Part shown: piece by piece, positions 37,285-48,617 of the stretch
How the letters are laid out: each line of letters opens with the position of its first letter
How positions within the stretch are numbered: position 1 is the stretch's first letter
NCBI GenBank assembly: GCA_963751515.1
Contig: CAVVUR010000013.1
Span: forward strand, 202,163-266,162
Direction: 5' to 3'
DNA length: 64,000 nucleotides
Source: an uncultured delta proteobacterium
Lineage (GTDB): Bacteria > Desulfobacterota > WTBG01
The notes under the pieces: generated by a model
The model's database searches: none
What the model saw: only the letters and a program-made list of their open reading frames with translations
Told to the model about the DNA's origin: nothing
Program-made: the position numbers and the translations under genes

Positions 37285-40077
37285 ATGCTATTGAGAAAAG
37301 CAGCGGGAAAATTGTTATCATCGATCATCATGGGGAAAGAAAAAATAAGGTTCCTCGTATTGATGATCTTCATTTTTGTAATCATCTTGAGCCCTTCTTT
37401 TTTCCTTGGTGCGTCGGCATCGGCCCAGGAATGTAAAGTGGATCCAAACGGGGTGGATGATGCACCGAATCAGCAGGATATGACAGAGATATGTGTAGAA
37501 CCGGGTTCATCTCCGTTTGAGATGACGGTGTCATTCAACTTTGATGATACAGCATGGACTGGCTCTAACACAGGTGACGGATGTATTCTTTTCGATACGG
37601 ACAGCGATTTTGCCGCCAACTATGCCCTTTGCATTACTGTTGAAGGCGGTGCGCCGGCTACTCAGAAGGATAGCAGCCCACGACTTTTTTTGTGTGACGA
37701 TGCTTCGCCGGATCAGTGTACTGGACCCATTGAGATTGGAGCACCTTTTTCTCAATGTTATGTAAACATAGGCGGAAGTGAACCAGGTGGAGAAGATGCT
37801 GATCCCTTCGCGAATTATCCGCGCGACCCTAATGGCTGTAAGGGATTAGACTGTCTAACGGAAGATACATTTGTCATATGCTTTATTGAAATTAATGACT
37901 TCATGCCCGGTGAATTCTGTAACAGTGGCACATGCGACCAGAGTGGAACTACTTGCAGCTCAGATTTTGATTGTGTGCCCATTTCTGAAGCCTGTGCTAT
38001 TGTCTCACAGCAACCGCAATCTGGAGACCCAAAGGATTGTATTGAAGCTCCGACTTCATCTTCTACTACAACTATTCCTATAACCACCACCACTGCTCCT
38101 CCGGTAACTACGACCTCAATATCAACGACAACCTCGAGTGTGATACCGACGACGACTACCTCACAACCAACAACCACGACGTCACAGCCGACCACCACCA
38201 CTTCGCAGCCGACGACTACCAGTTCGGTATCAACGACTACCACCTCGCAACCGACAACAACGAGTTCGGTATCGACGACCACTACGTCACAACCGACGAC
38301 TACCAGCTCGGTATCGACGACTACCACCTCACAGCCAACGACTACTACGTCACAACCGACAACCACCACTTCTCAGCCTACAACTACGACCTCGCAGCCA
38401 ACAACAACCAGCTCGGTATCGACGACCACTACGTCACAACCGACCACCACCACTTCGCAGCCGACGACTACCAGTTCGGTATCAACGACCACTACGTCAC
38501 AACCGACGACTACCACTTCTCAGCCTACAACTACGACCTCGCAGCCAACAACAACCAGCTCGGTATCGACAACTACGACCTCGCAGCCGACGACTACTAC
38601 GAGCTTGATACCGACAACCACGACCTCACAACCTACAACCACGAGTTCGGTATCAACGACTACTACGTCACAACCGACGACTACCACTTCTCAACCGACG
38701 ACTACCACTTCTCAGCCTACAACTACGACCTCGCAGCCAACGACTACCAGCTCAGTATCGACAACTACCACCTCGCAGCCAACGACTACTACGAGCTTGA
38801 TACCAACAACCACGACCTCACAACCTACAACCACGAGTTCGGTATCAACGACCACGACCTCACAGCCGACAACAACCAGCTCGGTATCAACGACCACGAC
38901 CTCGCAGCCGACAACAACCAGCTCGGTATCGACGACTACGACTATTGAATCGACAACGACTACTACGCCGTCATCAACAACAACCACGGTAGAGGGTCAG
39001 TGTAGCGGTGAGATCTATTTGGGCGGGGCGGAAGGGTATTGCTCCTGCGTGGAGCAGCCGCCGGTGGATGATCCGCCCTACAACCGGCCGGGGAGAAGGG
39101 GCCTTGCCCTTACCTGCGGTGACGTGGTTGATTTCTGCGCCTGCTTCGACTGTGAAGGTACGGTTGACACAAGCTGGACGATAGAGTGCACCAAGCCGGA
39201 TCTTGCTGGCATCGCCGAGACGGCTGAATGCGCCGCCCGGGTGATCGTTTCCGACACCCTCTGTGATTTCCCGGCAGAGGTGGGCGAGTGCACGGTGACG
39301 GTGACAGACCCGGTCAACAACTGGACCGACTCGATCGTGCTGCAGATCGGCGAGATCATCGCCGACCTCTCCGAGGAGACGGTGGCACCGGAGACCGATT
39401 CCATCGGGGTGGATGTCAGTGTCACCAACAACAGCAACACCATCCGGGCGATGGTGATGACCATTGCAGAGTGTGACCAGGGAGAGGATAATCTGAGATG
39501 TAATGAGTGCTTTGCCGATCCTGACCGGGCGCTCGGCTTCACCTGCACCGCCGAAGAACAGCCTGATGGTTCCTGCAGGGTGGTGCTCTACTCGGCTGTT
39601 GGATTGATCAGGGAAGGTGACGGGGTAATTGCCACGGTATTGTATGATGTGATCAATGCCGATGCGTGTCCGGACTGCGTGGATCTGTGCATAACCGAGG
39701 TGGAGGCAGCCGATCAGTTTAACGAATCGCTTTGCAGTTGCACGGACAGCGGTCAGGTCTGCTTTGATGTGTGCGGGGATCTTTATCCGCGGGACTGCCT
39801 TGATCCGGGCTGCGCCCCCTGCGGCGACGGGGTGGTGAACCTGTTTGACATACTGGAAATGGTGGACATTATCCTGGGGTTCGTGGAGCCGACGCCGTGC
39901 CAGGTGGATAATGGGGACGTGCCCAACGGCATGCCGCCGTACTGCGGGAGCCCGGCCGGCACCACCAACTGTCTGGCTGATGATGTCATCGACATTTACG
40001 ATCTGCTGGTGATTATTGACATGGCCCTTGGCAAGGCTAACTGCTGCAACTACTGTTTATCAGGTGAGATATACTAA
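37285..40077 (+). CDS. Large secreted Cys-rich protein with mucin-like Thr/Ser stalk, cohesin-like and dockerin-like domains
   Basis: Signal peptide; ~300-aa TTTTSQP/TTTSSVS heptads; GDGVVNLFD...DDVIDIYD; C-terminal half paralogous to 13182-14597. Confidence 0.85.
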   Translation: MLLRKAAGKLLSSIIMGKEKIRFLVLMIFIFVIILSPSFFLGASASAQECKVDPNGVDDAPNQQDMTEICVEPGSSPFEMTVSFNFDDTAWTGSNTGDGCILFDTDSDFAANYALCITVEGGAPATQKDSSPRLFLCDDASPDQCTGPIEIGAPFSQCYVNIGGSEPGGEDADPFANYPRDPNGCKGLDCLTEDTFVICFIEINDFMPGEFCNSGTCDQSGTTCSSDFDCVPISEACAIVSQQPQSGDPKDCIEAPTSSSTTTIPITTTTAPPVTTTSISTTTSSVIPTTTTSQPTTTTSQPTTTTSQPTTTSSVSTTTTSQPTTTSSVSTTTTSQPTTTSSVSTTTTSQPTTTTSQPTTTTSQPTTTTSQPTTTSSVSTTTTSQPTTTTSQPTTTSSVSTTTTSQPTTTTSQPTTTTSQPTTTSSVSTTTTSQPTTTTSLIPTTTTSQPTTTSSVSTTTTSQPTTTTSQPTTTTSQPTTTTSQPTTTSSVSTTTTSQPTTTTSLIPTTTTSQPTTTSSVSTTTTSQPTTTSSVSTTTTSQPTTTSSVSTTTTIESTTTTTPSSTTTTVEGQCSGEIYLGGAEGYCSCVEQPPVDDPPYNRPGRRGLALTCGDVVDFCACFDCEGTVDTSWTIECTKPDLAGIAETAECAARVIVSDTLCDFPAEVGECTVTVTDPVNNWTDSIVLQIGEIIADLSEETVAPETDSIGVDVSVTNNSNTIRAMVMTIAECDQGEDNLRCNECFADPDRALGFTCTAEEQPDGSCRVVLYSAVGLIREGDGVIATVLYDVINADACPDCVDLCITEVEAADQFNESLCSCTDSGQVCFDVCGDLYPRDCLDPGCAPCGDGVVNLFDILEMVDIILGFVEPTPCQVDNGDVPNGMPPYCGSPAGTTNCLADDVIDIYDLLVIIDMALGKANCCNYCLSGEIY
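38056..38990 (+). repeat. Coding 21-bp tandem repeat (Thr-rich heptads)
   Basis: Degenerate repeats of ACN-ACN-ACN-ACN-TCN-CAR-CCN. Confidence 0.9.
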
Positions 40078-40120
40078 TCTCCGGTCCCGAGATGCCGGAT
40101 TCTATTTTGATAAGGAGGGG

Positions 40121-40156
40121 GACCCCTCAGCACAATGTGAGCTGAGGGGTCTTTTC
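40121..40156 (+). terminator. Intrinsic terminator
   Basis: GACCCCTCAGC...GCTGAGGGGTC TTTT. Confidence 0.8.
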
Positions 40157-40315
40157 TTAAGTGGGATTGCGCGTTTTACTGCACCAATTGATTGCTTGAC
40201 AAAAAAGCTATTTGCACTATGATGCACTCATAAACTATGCAGCCGTGTGAAGCAATTCCTTTGATTTTAGGCATGTTTTTTGCTTTTTTTATAGAAGGAA
40301 GGGGAGGTATCAGCA

Positions 40316-41278
40316 ATGAAACAGACTGATTTATGCCTGTGTAGCATGATTGCACTGGGATGGGTTCTGGTCATGGTTGCTTCCTGCGGCACAAGAGAAG
40401 AGAAAGAAAAAAGTGCCGATAGTGCTGCGGCGCTTCCTGCCATCAGTTCAGTAGAAATCTTACCTGCGAATCCTTCCAAAAGCGGCCTCTTAGAAACCGT
40501 GGTGAAATTTAATCAAGCGCAAACCGCAGACGTGCGCTACCGGTGGATGAAAAACGGGAAAGAGATCATGGGGGAAACGGAGAGCACACTTAAACAGGAT
40601 AACTTTCAAAAGGGGGATACCATTGCGGTTGAGGTAACTCCGTATCTTAATAAAGTGAAAGGTAATTCGATCCAATCAAATCCTGTTGTTATTGTAAACA
40701 GTCTTCCTGTCCTGAGGTCCTTTGCCATTGAGCCGCTACCCACACATTCCAAAGATGATGTGACGGCCCGGCTGGATGTGTTTGATGCTGATGGTGACTA
40801 TGTCAGAACTTCATATCAGTGGAAAAAGGGCAAGGAGGACATTCCGGGAGCGACAGGATCTACACTGTCTACTGACTATTTCAAAAAGGGCGACAGAATC
40901 GGCTGTCAGGTACGTGTCAGTGACGGTGAGTCTCCCGAAGTATCATACTATGCCAGCGAAGCAGTTATTCTCAACAGCGCTCCTCGCATTACCTCCAAGC
41001 CGGCCGCGGAGGCCATGGAAGGTTCTTCATATGAATACACGGTCACTGCCGAGGATCCGGACGAGGATGAGGTGAAATTCAGTCTGTCTTCGGCCCCTGA
41101 AGGCATGACCATCGATTCCGATTCAGGACTGATCAGGTGGCAGATCAGTGATCAGCAGCAGGGGGGCACCTACAATTTCGAGGTTATCGCCATTGACCCT
41201 GAAGGGGCGCAGTCTGTTCAGCCGATAACCCTGACACTGACTTCTGGAGGAGAAGGAGGGCAGCCGGAGGAGGATTAG
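40316..41278 (+). CDS. Lipoprotein with Ig-like/cadherin-like domains
   Basis: Lipobox VASC; YRW.KNG..I.G repeats; NSAPRITS...DPD...PEGMTIDSDSGLIRW. Confidence 0.8.
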   Translation: MKQTDLCLCSMIALGWVLVMVASCGTREEKEKSADSAAALPAISSVEILPANPSKSGLLETVVKFNQAQTADVRYRWMKNGKEIMGETESTLKQDNFQKGDTIAVEVTPYLNKVKGNSIQSNPVVIVNSLPVLRSFAIEPLPTHSKDDVTARLDVFDADGDYVRTSYQWKKGKEDIPGATGSTLSTDYFKKGDRIGCQVRVSDGESPEVSYYASEAVILNSAPRITSKPAAEAMEGSSYEYTVTAEDPDEDEVKFSLSSAPEGMTIDSDSGLIRWQISDQQQGGTYNFEVIAIDPEGAQSVQPITLTLTSGGEGGQPEED

Positions 41279-41284
41279 CTTATT

Positions 41285-41545
41285 TTGGATGTTGGAAGTT
41301 GGATGTAGAGAAGAAGTCAGGAGTCAGGAGTCAGAATGTGAACGCCCAACATCGAACGTCCAACGTTCAACATCCAACGAAAAGGAACTTCTTCTTCGTT
41401 CAAAGTTGGACGTTGAAAATTGAATGTTCAACGTTCATCTTTTTATTTAAATGCAATAGCGTTTCTTTGAAACTTGATGTTTTGGTCATTTGAAAATTTG
41501 AATTTTCGGATTTGTTTCGAATTTCGGATTTCGCGCTTCGAATTT
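41285..41545. repeat. Heptamer-based intergenic repeats and palindrome
   Basis: TTGGATG/TTGGAAG, AGTCAGG, AACGTCC/AACATCG runs and their complements; TTTCGGA/TTTCGAA block similar to 45017-45072. Confidence 0.7.
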
Positions 41546-41563
41546 AAAAAAGGGGTCTTAATA

Positions 41564-42436
41564 GTGGACGTCAGAAAGGCCATTATTCCTGCAGCGGGAT
41601 GGGGAACACGGCTGTTGCCCGCGAGCAAGGCGATTCCCAAAGAAATGCTGCCCATCGTGGACAGGCCGGGAATCCAGTATATTGTAGAAGAGGCAGTTGC
41701 ATCCAGGCTTAAGGAGATAATCCTGGTTACCGGCAAAGGCAAGGGATGCATCGAGGACCATTTTGACATCCAGGGGGAGCTTGAGGACATCCTCGAAAGA
41801 AAAAGCAAAAAAGAGCTGCTCGCCACCGTCAGGGAAATCTCCCGAATGGTCAACATCATCGCGGTTAGGCAGAAGAGGCAGCTGGGAACGGGTGACGCGG
41901 TATTGTGCGCGGCACCTGTCGTAGAAGGAGAGGCTGTTGCCGTTCTGTATCCTGACGATATGATAGACGCGGAGGTGCCGGTTACCCGTCAGCTTCTCGA
42001 TGTCTATGAGCGCCATCAAACAGCAGCGGTAATCGCGCTGCGGGAAGTTCCCGAAGAAGACACTCCTCTTTATGGGATCGTTGAAGGTGAGCGTGTTGAG
42101 GATAAGCTCTACCTGGTCAGGCGCATTGTCGAAAAGCCCACCCGGGGGAAGGCGCCTTCAAACCTTGCCATCATTGGCCGCTACATTCTACCCCCCGAGA
42201 TGTTTCCTGTCCTGAGGCAGCTTCGACCGAGCGCGGACGGAGAAATTCAACTGGCGGAGGGCCTGGCGGAGTTAAGCCGGCGGGGAAGGGTGCTGGGCTA
42301 TCAGTTCTCGGGCACCCGGTATGACGTCGGCGACAAGCTGGGGTATGTGCAGGCTACCGTCGGTTACGCCTTGAAAAGGCCGGAGTTACGTGATCGATTC
42401 AAGCAGTGGTTGCGCGAAGTTGTCAGGGATGAATAG
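41564..42436 (+). CDS. galU: UTP-glucose-1-phosphate uridylyltransferase
   Basis: KAIIPAAGWGTRLLPASKAIPKEMLPIVDRP, VEKP, GEIQL; GTG start. Confidence 0.95.
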   Translation: MDVRKAIIPAAGWGTRLLPASKAIPKEMLPIVDRPGIQYIVEEAVASRLKEIILVTGKGKGCIEDHFDIQGELEDILERKSKKELLATVREISRMVNIIAVRQKRQLGTGDAVLCAAPVVEGEAVAVLYPDDMIDAEVPVTRQLLDVYERHQTAAVIALREVPEEDTPLYGIVEGERVEDKLYLVRRIVEKPTRGKAPSNLAIIGRYILPPEMFPVLRQLRPSADGEIQLAEGLAELSRRGRVLGYQFSGTRYDVGDKLGYVQATVGYALKRPELRDRFKQWLREVVRDE

Positions 42437-44916
42437 TGAAAGGGCAGATTTTTTTATAGAAGTGGCATTGGGCATACCCCTCGCCAAGCTGCTTTCCTAC
42501 CGCGTTCCAGACGAGCTCCGGTCCGGCATAGAAGTGGGGAAACGGGTCCTCGTACCTTTGGGCAAGCGAAAGGTGACGGGGTATGTGGTCGGCAGTGACG
42601 CGAAGCCCGAAGGGCTTGAGATCAAGGACGTTATCGAGGTCCTGGACGACCAGCCGCTGTTTACCTCCCATCATCTCGCCTTTTACCGGTGGATCAGCGA
42701 CTACTATTTTTTCCCCCTCGGGGGAGTAATCAAAACCGCGCTTCCCGCCAGCATCGATGTCACCAGCAGGCAGGTGATCTCCCTGACAGAAAAAGGGGAG
42801 AACCTCCCAGCCTGCCGGGGATAACATTCCTGCCGGGAACGTGCTCAAAGCGCTTAGGGAGAAAAAAGGGATTTCCTTTAAGGCCCTGCAAAAGAGTGCG
42901 GGGGGTGAAGCACTGCAGAGCGTGCTGGCGCAGCTTGAGCGGGAGGGGCTGGTCCGACGAGAAATACAGGAGGGACGCAAACCGGTCGCGATAAAAAAAG
43001 AGAAGTGGATACGGCTTGAGGAAAAGGGGTGTCAGGTGCTCAAATCCCCCGGGCTCCTGGAGGCGTGGGGAAGAAAAGCCCCCCGGCAGGTTTCTCTGCT
43101 GCGCTTCCTTGAACCGGAGTGTATCATTCCCCTGGCATTGATAAATAAAAAATTCGGGCCATGCGCGCCCCTTCTCAGCGGTCTTACAAAAAAGGGCTGT
43201 GTCAGCTTTGAGATGCGGGAGGTCTACCGCGATCCATTAAGCGGGGAGGCGGTGGTGTGCGAAGAAAGACGCGACCCGACCCCTGAGCAGCGAAAGGTTC
43301 TTACAAGCATCAGGGAGGCGATTAAATCAGGGGTGTACGCACCGTTTCTCCTCCATGGTGTTACGGGAAGCGGGAAAACAGAGGTTTACCTGGCCTCCGT
43401 CGAAGAAGTGCTGAAGCAGGGCAGGGAGGCGCTGGTTCTGGTTCCGGAAATTTCTCTAACCCCCCAGCTGGTGGGTCGGTTCCAGTCCCGCTTTGGTGAT
43501 GCCATTACCGTGCTGCACAGCAGGCTTTCTCCCGGTGAGCGGTATGATGGATGGCGGCGGATTAAAAAGGGCCTGGCAAACGTCGCCATCGGCACCCGTT
43601 CCGCCATCTTCGCGCCATTTACCCGTCCCGGCATTATTGTTGTCGATGAGGAGCACGACACCTCATATAAGCAGGAGGAAAAACTCAGGTACAACGCGCG
43701 AGACCTGGCCCTGGTGAGGGGGCGGATGGACAATGCCGTTGTCATCCTGGGTTCGGCCACACCATCGGTGGAGTCCTATTTCAATGCGCGGACGGGAAAG
43801 CTTACCCTGTTGGAACTGACCCGGCGTGTGGAAGGCAGGCCGCTGCCCAGCATCGAAATCGTTGATATGAAGCAGGAGAGGCTACAGCACCCTGAAACCG
43901 CCCGGGAGCTTTCCCGCAGGCTGAAAGAAACCCTGGCGGAACGGGTCAGGCAGAACCAGCAAAGCCTGCTCTTCCTCAACCGCCGGGGCTTTGCCCCCTG
44001 CATCATCTGCAGGGAATGCGGCCATGTCTTCGGCTGCCCCAATTGCAGCGTATCCCTTATTCACCACCAGCGGGTGAAAAAGCTGCAGTGTCATTACTGC
44101 GGTTATGCCATTGCCGCGCCGGATACCTGCCCCGGCTGCGGCGGCATTCGTCTTAATCTCATGGGGCGGGGCACGGAACGGCTCGAGGACGAGGTAAAGG
44201 CTTTATTGCCCCAGTCGCGGGTGGAGCGCATGGACCGCGATACCACGCGGGGCAAATGGGGACATAGGAGCGTGCTCAATCGCTTCAGCGCCAGCGCCGC
44301 CGGCATTCTTATAGGAACCCAGATGATTGCCAAGGGGCATGACCTGCCCGGCATCACCCTGGTGGGCGTCGTGTCCGCCGATTCGTCCCTGAACTTTCCC
44401 GACTTCCGCGCGGGTGAAAGAACCTTTCAGCTGCTCACCCAGGTTGCAGGGCGGGCGGGAAGGGGCGATATCGCCGGCGAGGTGATTATCCAGACATTTA
44501 ATCCCCGGCATTACAGCATTGAGGCATCCAGGAAGCAGGCCTATTCCCTGTTTTACGAGGAAGAAGTAAAATTCAGAAAAGAGCTCAATTATCCGCCCTT
44601 CAGCAGGCTCATCAACTTCAGGATGGAAGGAACGAGCAGAACAAAAGCGGCCGACTTTTCCGATCGACTGGGAGCGCTGGCCCACTCGCTGCTGCGCAAG
44701 GAAGGCAGGTTCCGTGACGGCATCGAACTGCTGGGGCCTGCTGCCGCACCGTGGGAAAAGATAAAGGGAAAATACCGCTTCCAGATGGTGTTGAAGGGAT
44801 CTTCCCTGACCCTGCTTCGCGGCTTCGCCTCGCGACTGATAAACCGGGCGCCGGAGATGCTAAAGGGAAGCGGGGTGGCGTTTTCTGTGGATGTGGATCC
44901 GGTTTCTTTGCTATAA
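42429..44916 (+). CDS. priA: Primosomal protein N' (frameshift near 42810-42840)
   Basis: GVTGSGKTEVY, DEEH, GSATPS, four CxxC pairs, GTQMIAKG, QVAGRAGR, VDVDP. Confidence 0.93.
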
Positions 44917-45144
44917 TGGCCCTTACAGGGAAATCCGAAATCAATGTCAAAAACAACAGCAGGGTTTGTTTTTGTCTCTGCTATCGACTGTGGACCATGG
45001 ACCACAGCCTGCCTTGTTTGAATTTTGGTCATTTGAAGTTGTTTCGAATTTCTGATTTCGTGCTTCGGATTTATGAAGAGTCATTTTAAATGGTTTCAAC
45101 CAGAATTGAGACAATTGATTTAACTGCACAGAGAGGAGGGTTAG

Positions 45145-45560
45145 ATGGAAGAGAAAGCATTGACCAGGATGACGGTGACCAAATTGAGGGAAGAGGCAAA
45201 AAAGTACACCAGCATTGAAGGTGTCAGCGCCATGAAGAAGGAAGATCTCATCAAGGCCATCGCCGATGCCCGGGGAGAACCTATCGAGATCAGGAAAAAG
45301 AAATCCAGGAAGAAAAGAAGGAAGTCGATGCGGCCGGCCTCAAGAAAAAGATCAAGGTGCTGAGGAAGGAAAAGGCGGAGGGGCGGAAGTCCAAAAGCAG
45401 AAAAGAGACGAACCGGCTGCGAAAGAAGATCAAGGTGCTGAAGCGGCAAAGCAGGAAATTCGGCAAGGAGAAAGCAGAGGTAATCGCCGCAGCCAAAAAA
45501 GGCGGGAAGGAGGCAGCCCCCGCGGCCGCTGCCCCCTGCAGCCGAGACGGCTTCTGCTGA
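45145..45560 (+). CDS. Basic protein with Rho N-terminal-like domain (frameshift near 45300)
   Basis: LTRMTVTKLREEAKK...SAMKKEDLIKAI; Lys-rich tail in another frame. Confidence 0.65.
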
Positions 45561-45622
45561 TGCGCCGAAAGTGGAATGAGCGCGCGCGACAACTACTGCT
45601 GAGAGGTTAAAAAAGGAGTACC

Positions 45623-46072
45623 ATGATAAAGGAAAAAATCAGGAAGGACCTGACGGCGGCAATGAAGGAGAAACAGGAACTGAGGGTTTCCACCCTGAGG
45701 ATGATGCTCGCCGAACTGGTGAATAAAGAGAAGGAGAAGGGAGATCCCATTACCGAAGATGCGGCGGTGAAGGTTTTTTTCAGCATGATCAAGAAGCGCG
45801 AGGATGCCGCAACCCAATTTGAGGCGGTGAACAGAAAAGATGCCGCGCAGAAGGAGCGGGAGGAAATTGTGATTATCAGGGCTTATATGCCCGCTCAGCT
45901 CACTGACGATGAAATCCGGGCGGAGGCGAGGGCGGTTATTGCCGAAACCGGCGCTACCGACCTTAAAGGCCTCGGAAAGGTAATGGGGATCCTGTCAAAA
46001 AAGTTATCGGGAAAGGCGTCAGGCGGTGACATGAGCAGGATTGTCAGGGAAGAGCTGGAAAAGGCGCACTAA
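45623..46072 (+). CDS. yqeY: GatB/YqeY domain protein
   Basis: DLTAAMKEK...LRM...IKKR...YMPAQL...GKVMG. Confidence 0.9.
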   Translation: MIKEKIRKDLTAAMKEKQELRVSTLRMMLAELVNKEKEKGDPITEDAAVKVFFSMIKKREDAATQFEAVNRKDAAQKEREEIVIIRAYMPAQLTDDEIRAEARAVIAETGATDLKGLGKVMGILSKKLSGKASGGDMSRIVREELEKAH

Positions 46073-46199
46073 CAGGCTGTTGAAAAACACCCATCCCCTG
46101 CGTTACACGCTCATCCTTCGTCATTGCAGCGTACTCGTATGTACGCCTCATTCCTCAGGATTTCACGTGCCTTGCATCTGGATGTTTTTGAACAGCCTG
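46073..46199. mobile_element. MITE-like element copy 1
   Basis: TIR CAGGCTGTTGAAAAAC / GTTTTTGAACAGCCTG; closely similar copy at 58529-58653. Confidence 0.8.
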
Positions 46200-46277
46200 A
46201 GGAAAACTTCTTTTTCAACAACCTTCTAATAATTTACAGGCGGCATACGGCTGCCTTCTCTGTTGGGAGCAGCGGTA

Positions 46278-46700
46278 ATGAACAGGTCAGGTTTGATCTA
46301 CGCCCTTCTGGCGGCAATCCTGTGGGGGATCGCACCCGTGTTTGAAAAACTGGGGCTGATCAACATCAGCCCCCTGGCGGGGCTCACCATCAGAACAGTC
46401 TCTGCCACCATCATCCTGATCCTGATCATGCTCTTCACCAATGTGCATACGGAGATTATCCGGGCGGATGCCCGAACGGTCGGCTTTCTTGTCCTGAGCG
46501 GCATTGTGGCGGGACTACTGGGTATGTGGTCGTATTTCAACGCCATGAAATATTGTGAGGCCTCCCGGGTCGTGCCCATCGTGGGTTCCTACCCGCTCTT
46601 TGCCTTCCTTTTTTCGCTGCTCCTGCTGGGAGAGCAGATAACCGTACAAAAGTGCATCGGGGTGATACTGATTGTCGGCGGCGTGGTGCTGCTGGGGTAA
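46278..46700 (+). CDS. EamA/DMT family transporter
   Basis: LWGIAPVFEKLGL...ASRVVPI...LLGE. Confidence 0.88.
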   Translation: MNRSGLIYALLAAILWGIAPVFEKLGLINISPLAGLTIRTVSATIILILIMLFTNVHTEIIRADARTVGFLVLSGIVAGLLGMWSYFNAMKYCEASRVVPIVGSYPLFAFLFSLLLLGEQITVQKCIGVILIVGGVVLLG

Positions 46701-46844
46701 TAAGCTCAATTTTTTTATTTTGAGCGCAGCGAGAAATCTTATTCTTTTACGAATCGGCAAGGCGGGGCTGATGCCAACCCCGCCTTCACTTTAATATTCC
46801 CTGGTCAATGCGGTTTACTCTCCGCCTGCCTCTTCCCGTTTTCT

Positions 46845-48617
46845 TTACTCTGCCGTGGTGTAGAAAACACCCAGCAGGTCTTCAGTTTGGGAGATGGGGC
46901 CGGTGTCCCGCCAGCTCGTTGCCCTGAACTGGTAATACATGCCCGCCTGCAAGGGACTTCCCGCGTAGGTAACCGTAACATTTTCCGATCCCGTAACCTT
47001 GGGCACGCTGTCATTCCTCCATACCTCATCACCGAAGGCGTTATACACGACCAGTTCGTACCTGGTCTCGCTTGAATCGTCTCTCCAGACAAAATCGGGA
47101 GTGCCGGTTATGAGTTCCGGCTCGGCGGCACCCGGTGAAACAATCACCAGGGCCTCGGTGACCTTGAAAGAGTCTGATATGTTTATGGTGTAGGAGGATC
47201 CGTTGGGAACCTGCAGGTGAAGAATTTGTGTTCCCGCAATGGAAGGATCGGGGTCACGCACCAGGATATCATTCTCGAAGGCGGCAAGCACTACGTACCG
47301 GCCGTCAGGAACCCCTTCAATGGTGAATGCACCTGCAATAGAGGGAGGTTCCGGTGGCGCCGGCGCGCGCAAACCGGGAGGCACCTCACCTTTCACGAAG
47401 GTATCGTTGAAGGTTGACTCCGGAACCAGCACCACGCTGGTGGCTGAACCGCCCGGCGCGTTGACGATATTAATTGACCCGCTGACCGTCCCGTAGGGTT
47501 TGTCATTGGACATGAGATCCGCCCCGGTTCTGTCCTCTCCCGCGGCCAGCGTCACCGCCACCGGGGTGAGCTGCAAAAATGCCTTGTACCCGTGGATCTC
47601 CCAGCTGCCTTCGGGCACGTTGAAGAGGGTGTAGGCGCCGCTTTTATCGCTGAAGCCAATGGTTTGATCCTGCGTTGCGCCTTCAAGCACAACCAGTACG
47701 CCGCCCGCTCCGGCATCGTCTTCATCGGTTACGATGTTTCCCGCGATGCTGCCCTGTCCCCTCTTTTCCGGGGGAAGGGCTATCAGGGCGATTTCGGTTG
47801 CGGCATTTTCCAGAACCCATGCACCTTCGTCCTGTGATGCCGTCGCGGCATCAACGGGTATGGCCGGCCTGATGCCATGGGGGAAGGGGAGGTAATCAGC
47901 TGCTGAAGCGCGCAGGGTGAAGGTCCCTTCGTCGAGGGTGCCGTCGGGATTTCTCACCACCGGGACCTGGAGTTCATACGCTCCCTCGCCGTCGGTGACC
48001 GCGACATCGGTCGCGGCCGCCCCGGTTTTGTCTATGGCGATGACATGAGCGCCTTCTACCGGGCTTTCCGAGGCGGAATCAAAAATGGTCCCTCTTACGT
48101 ACACGGGATCGTAACAGGCATACAGACCGTCCGTTCTCAGCTCGCATACCTGGTTTTCACCGCAATCAGACCCCTGCGGGTCGCACTGGGCCATGCAGGC
48201 GGCCGTGCCGTCGGGCAGCGGCTGGCAGACCTCGTTGTCTTCGCAGAGATTGGTGCTCAGGTCGCACTCCGGCCGGCACACGTGCTCATCACCCATCACC
48301 GGAACGCATACCCAATCGGCCGGACAGGTATTTATGCCGCCGGGAGTGCATCGGGGCGTGCAGGCATAGGTGTCGTCGGCATAGCGCAGGCAAACCTCGT
48401 TTTTCAGGACGCAGGGGTTGTCATCACCGGCTTCGCAGGTGTAGAGACACTGGCCCTTGCCGGATGACACTGCCTTGCAAATGGTTCCGGAGGGGCACAC
48501 CGACCCTTCATCCGGGTTGCAGGAAATTTTTCTTTTACATGAGAGTGCTGCCGTCAGGCTCATCGCCAGGATGAGCATAAGCCCGGTTTTCATGAAAAAA
48601 ATGGTCCTGTAAGTCAT
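46845..48617 (-). CDS. Cys-rich lipoprotein with carboxypeptidase-regulatory-like domains
   Basis: Lipobox ALSC; repeated CxP.C...C...C units; VRGTIFD...PVEGA...TDGEGAY. Confidence 0.75.
   Translation of the reverse strand: MTYRTIFFMKTGLMLILAMSLTAALSCKRKISCNPDEGSVCPSGTICKAVSSGKGQCLYTCEAGDDNPCVLKNEVCLRYADDTYACTPRCTPGGINTCPADWVCVPVMGDEHVCRPECDLSTNLCEDNEVCQPLPDGTAACMAQCDPQGSDCGENQVCELRTDGLYACYDPVYVRGTIFDSASESPVEGAHVIAIDKTGAAATDVAVTDGEGAYELQVPVVRNPDGTLDEGTFTLRASAADYLPFPHGIRPAIPVDAATASQDEGAWVLENAATEIALIALPPEKRGQGSIAGNIVTDEDDAGAGGVLVVLEGATQDQTIGFSDKSGAYTLFNVPEGSWEIHGYKAFLQLTPVAVTLAAGEDRTGADLMSNDKPYGTVSGSINIVNAPGGSATSVVLVPESTFNDTFVKGEVPPGLRAPAPPEPPSIAGAFTIEGVPDGRYVVLAAFENDILVRDPDPSIAGTQILHLQVPNGSSYTINISDSFKVTEALVIVSPGAAEPELITGTPDFVWRDDSSETRYELVVYNAFGDEVWRNDSVPKVTGSENVTVTYAGSPLQAGMYYQFRATSWRDTGPISQTEDLLGVFYTTAE

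Noticed and set aside
38056-38990. Repeat array as CRISPR or non-coding repeat
   Set aside because: In-frame 21-bp coding repeats with synonymous variation and no unique spacers.
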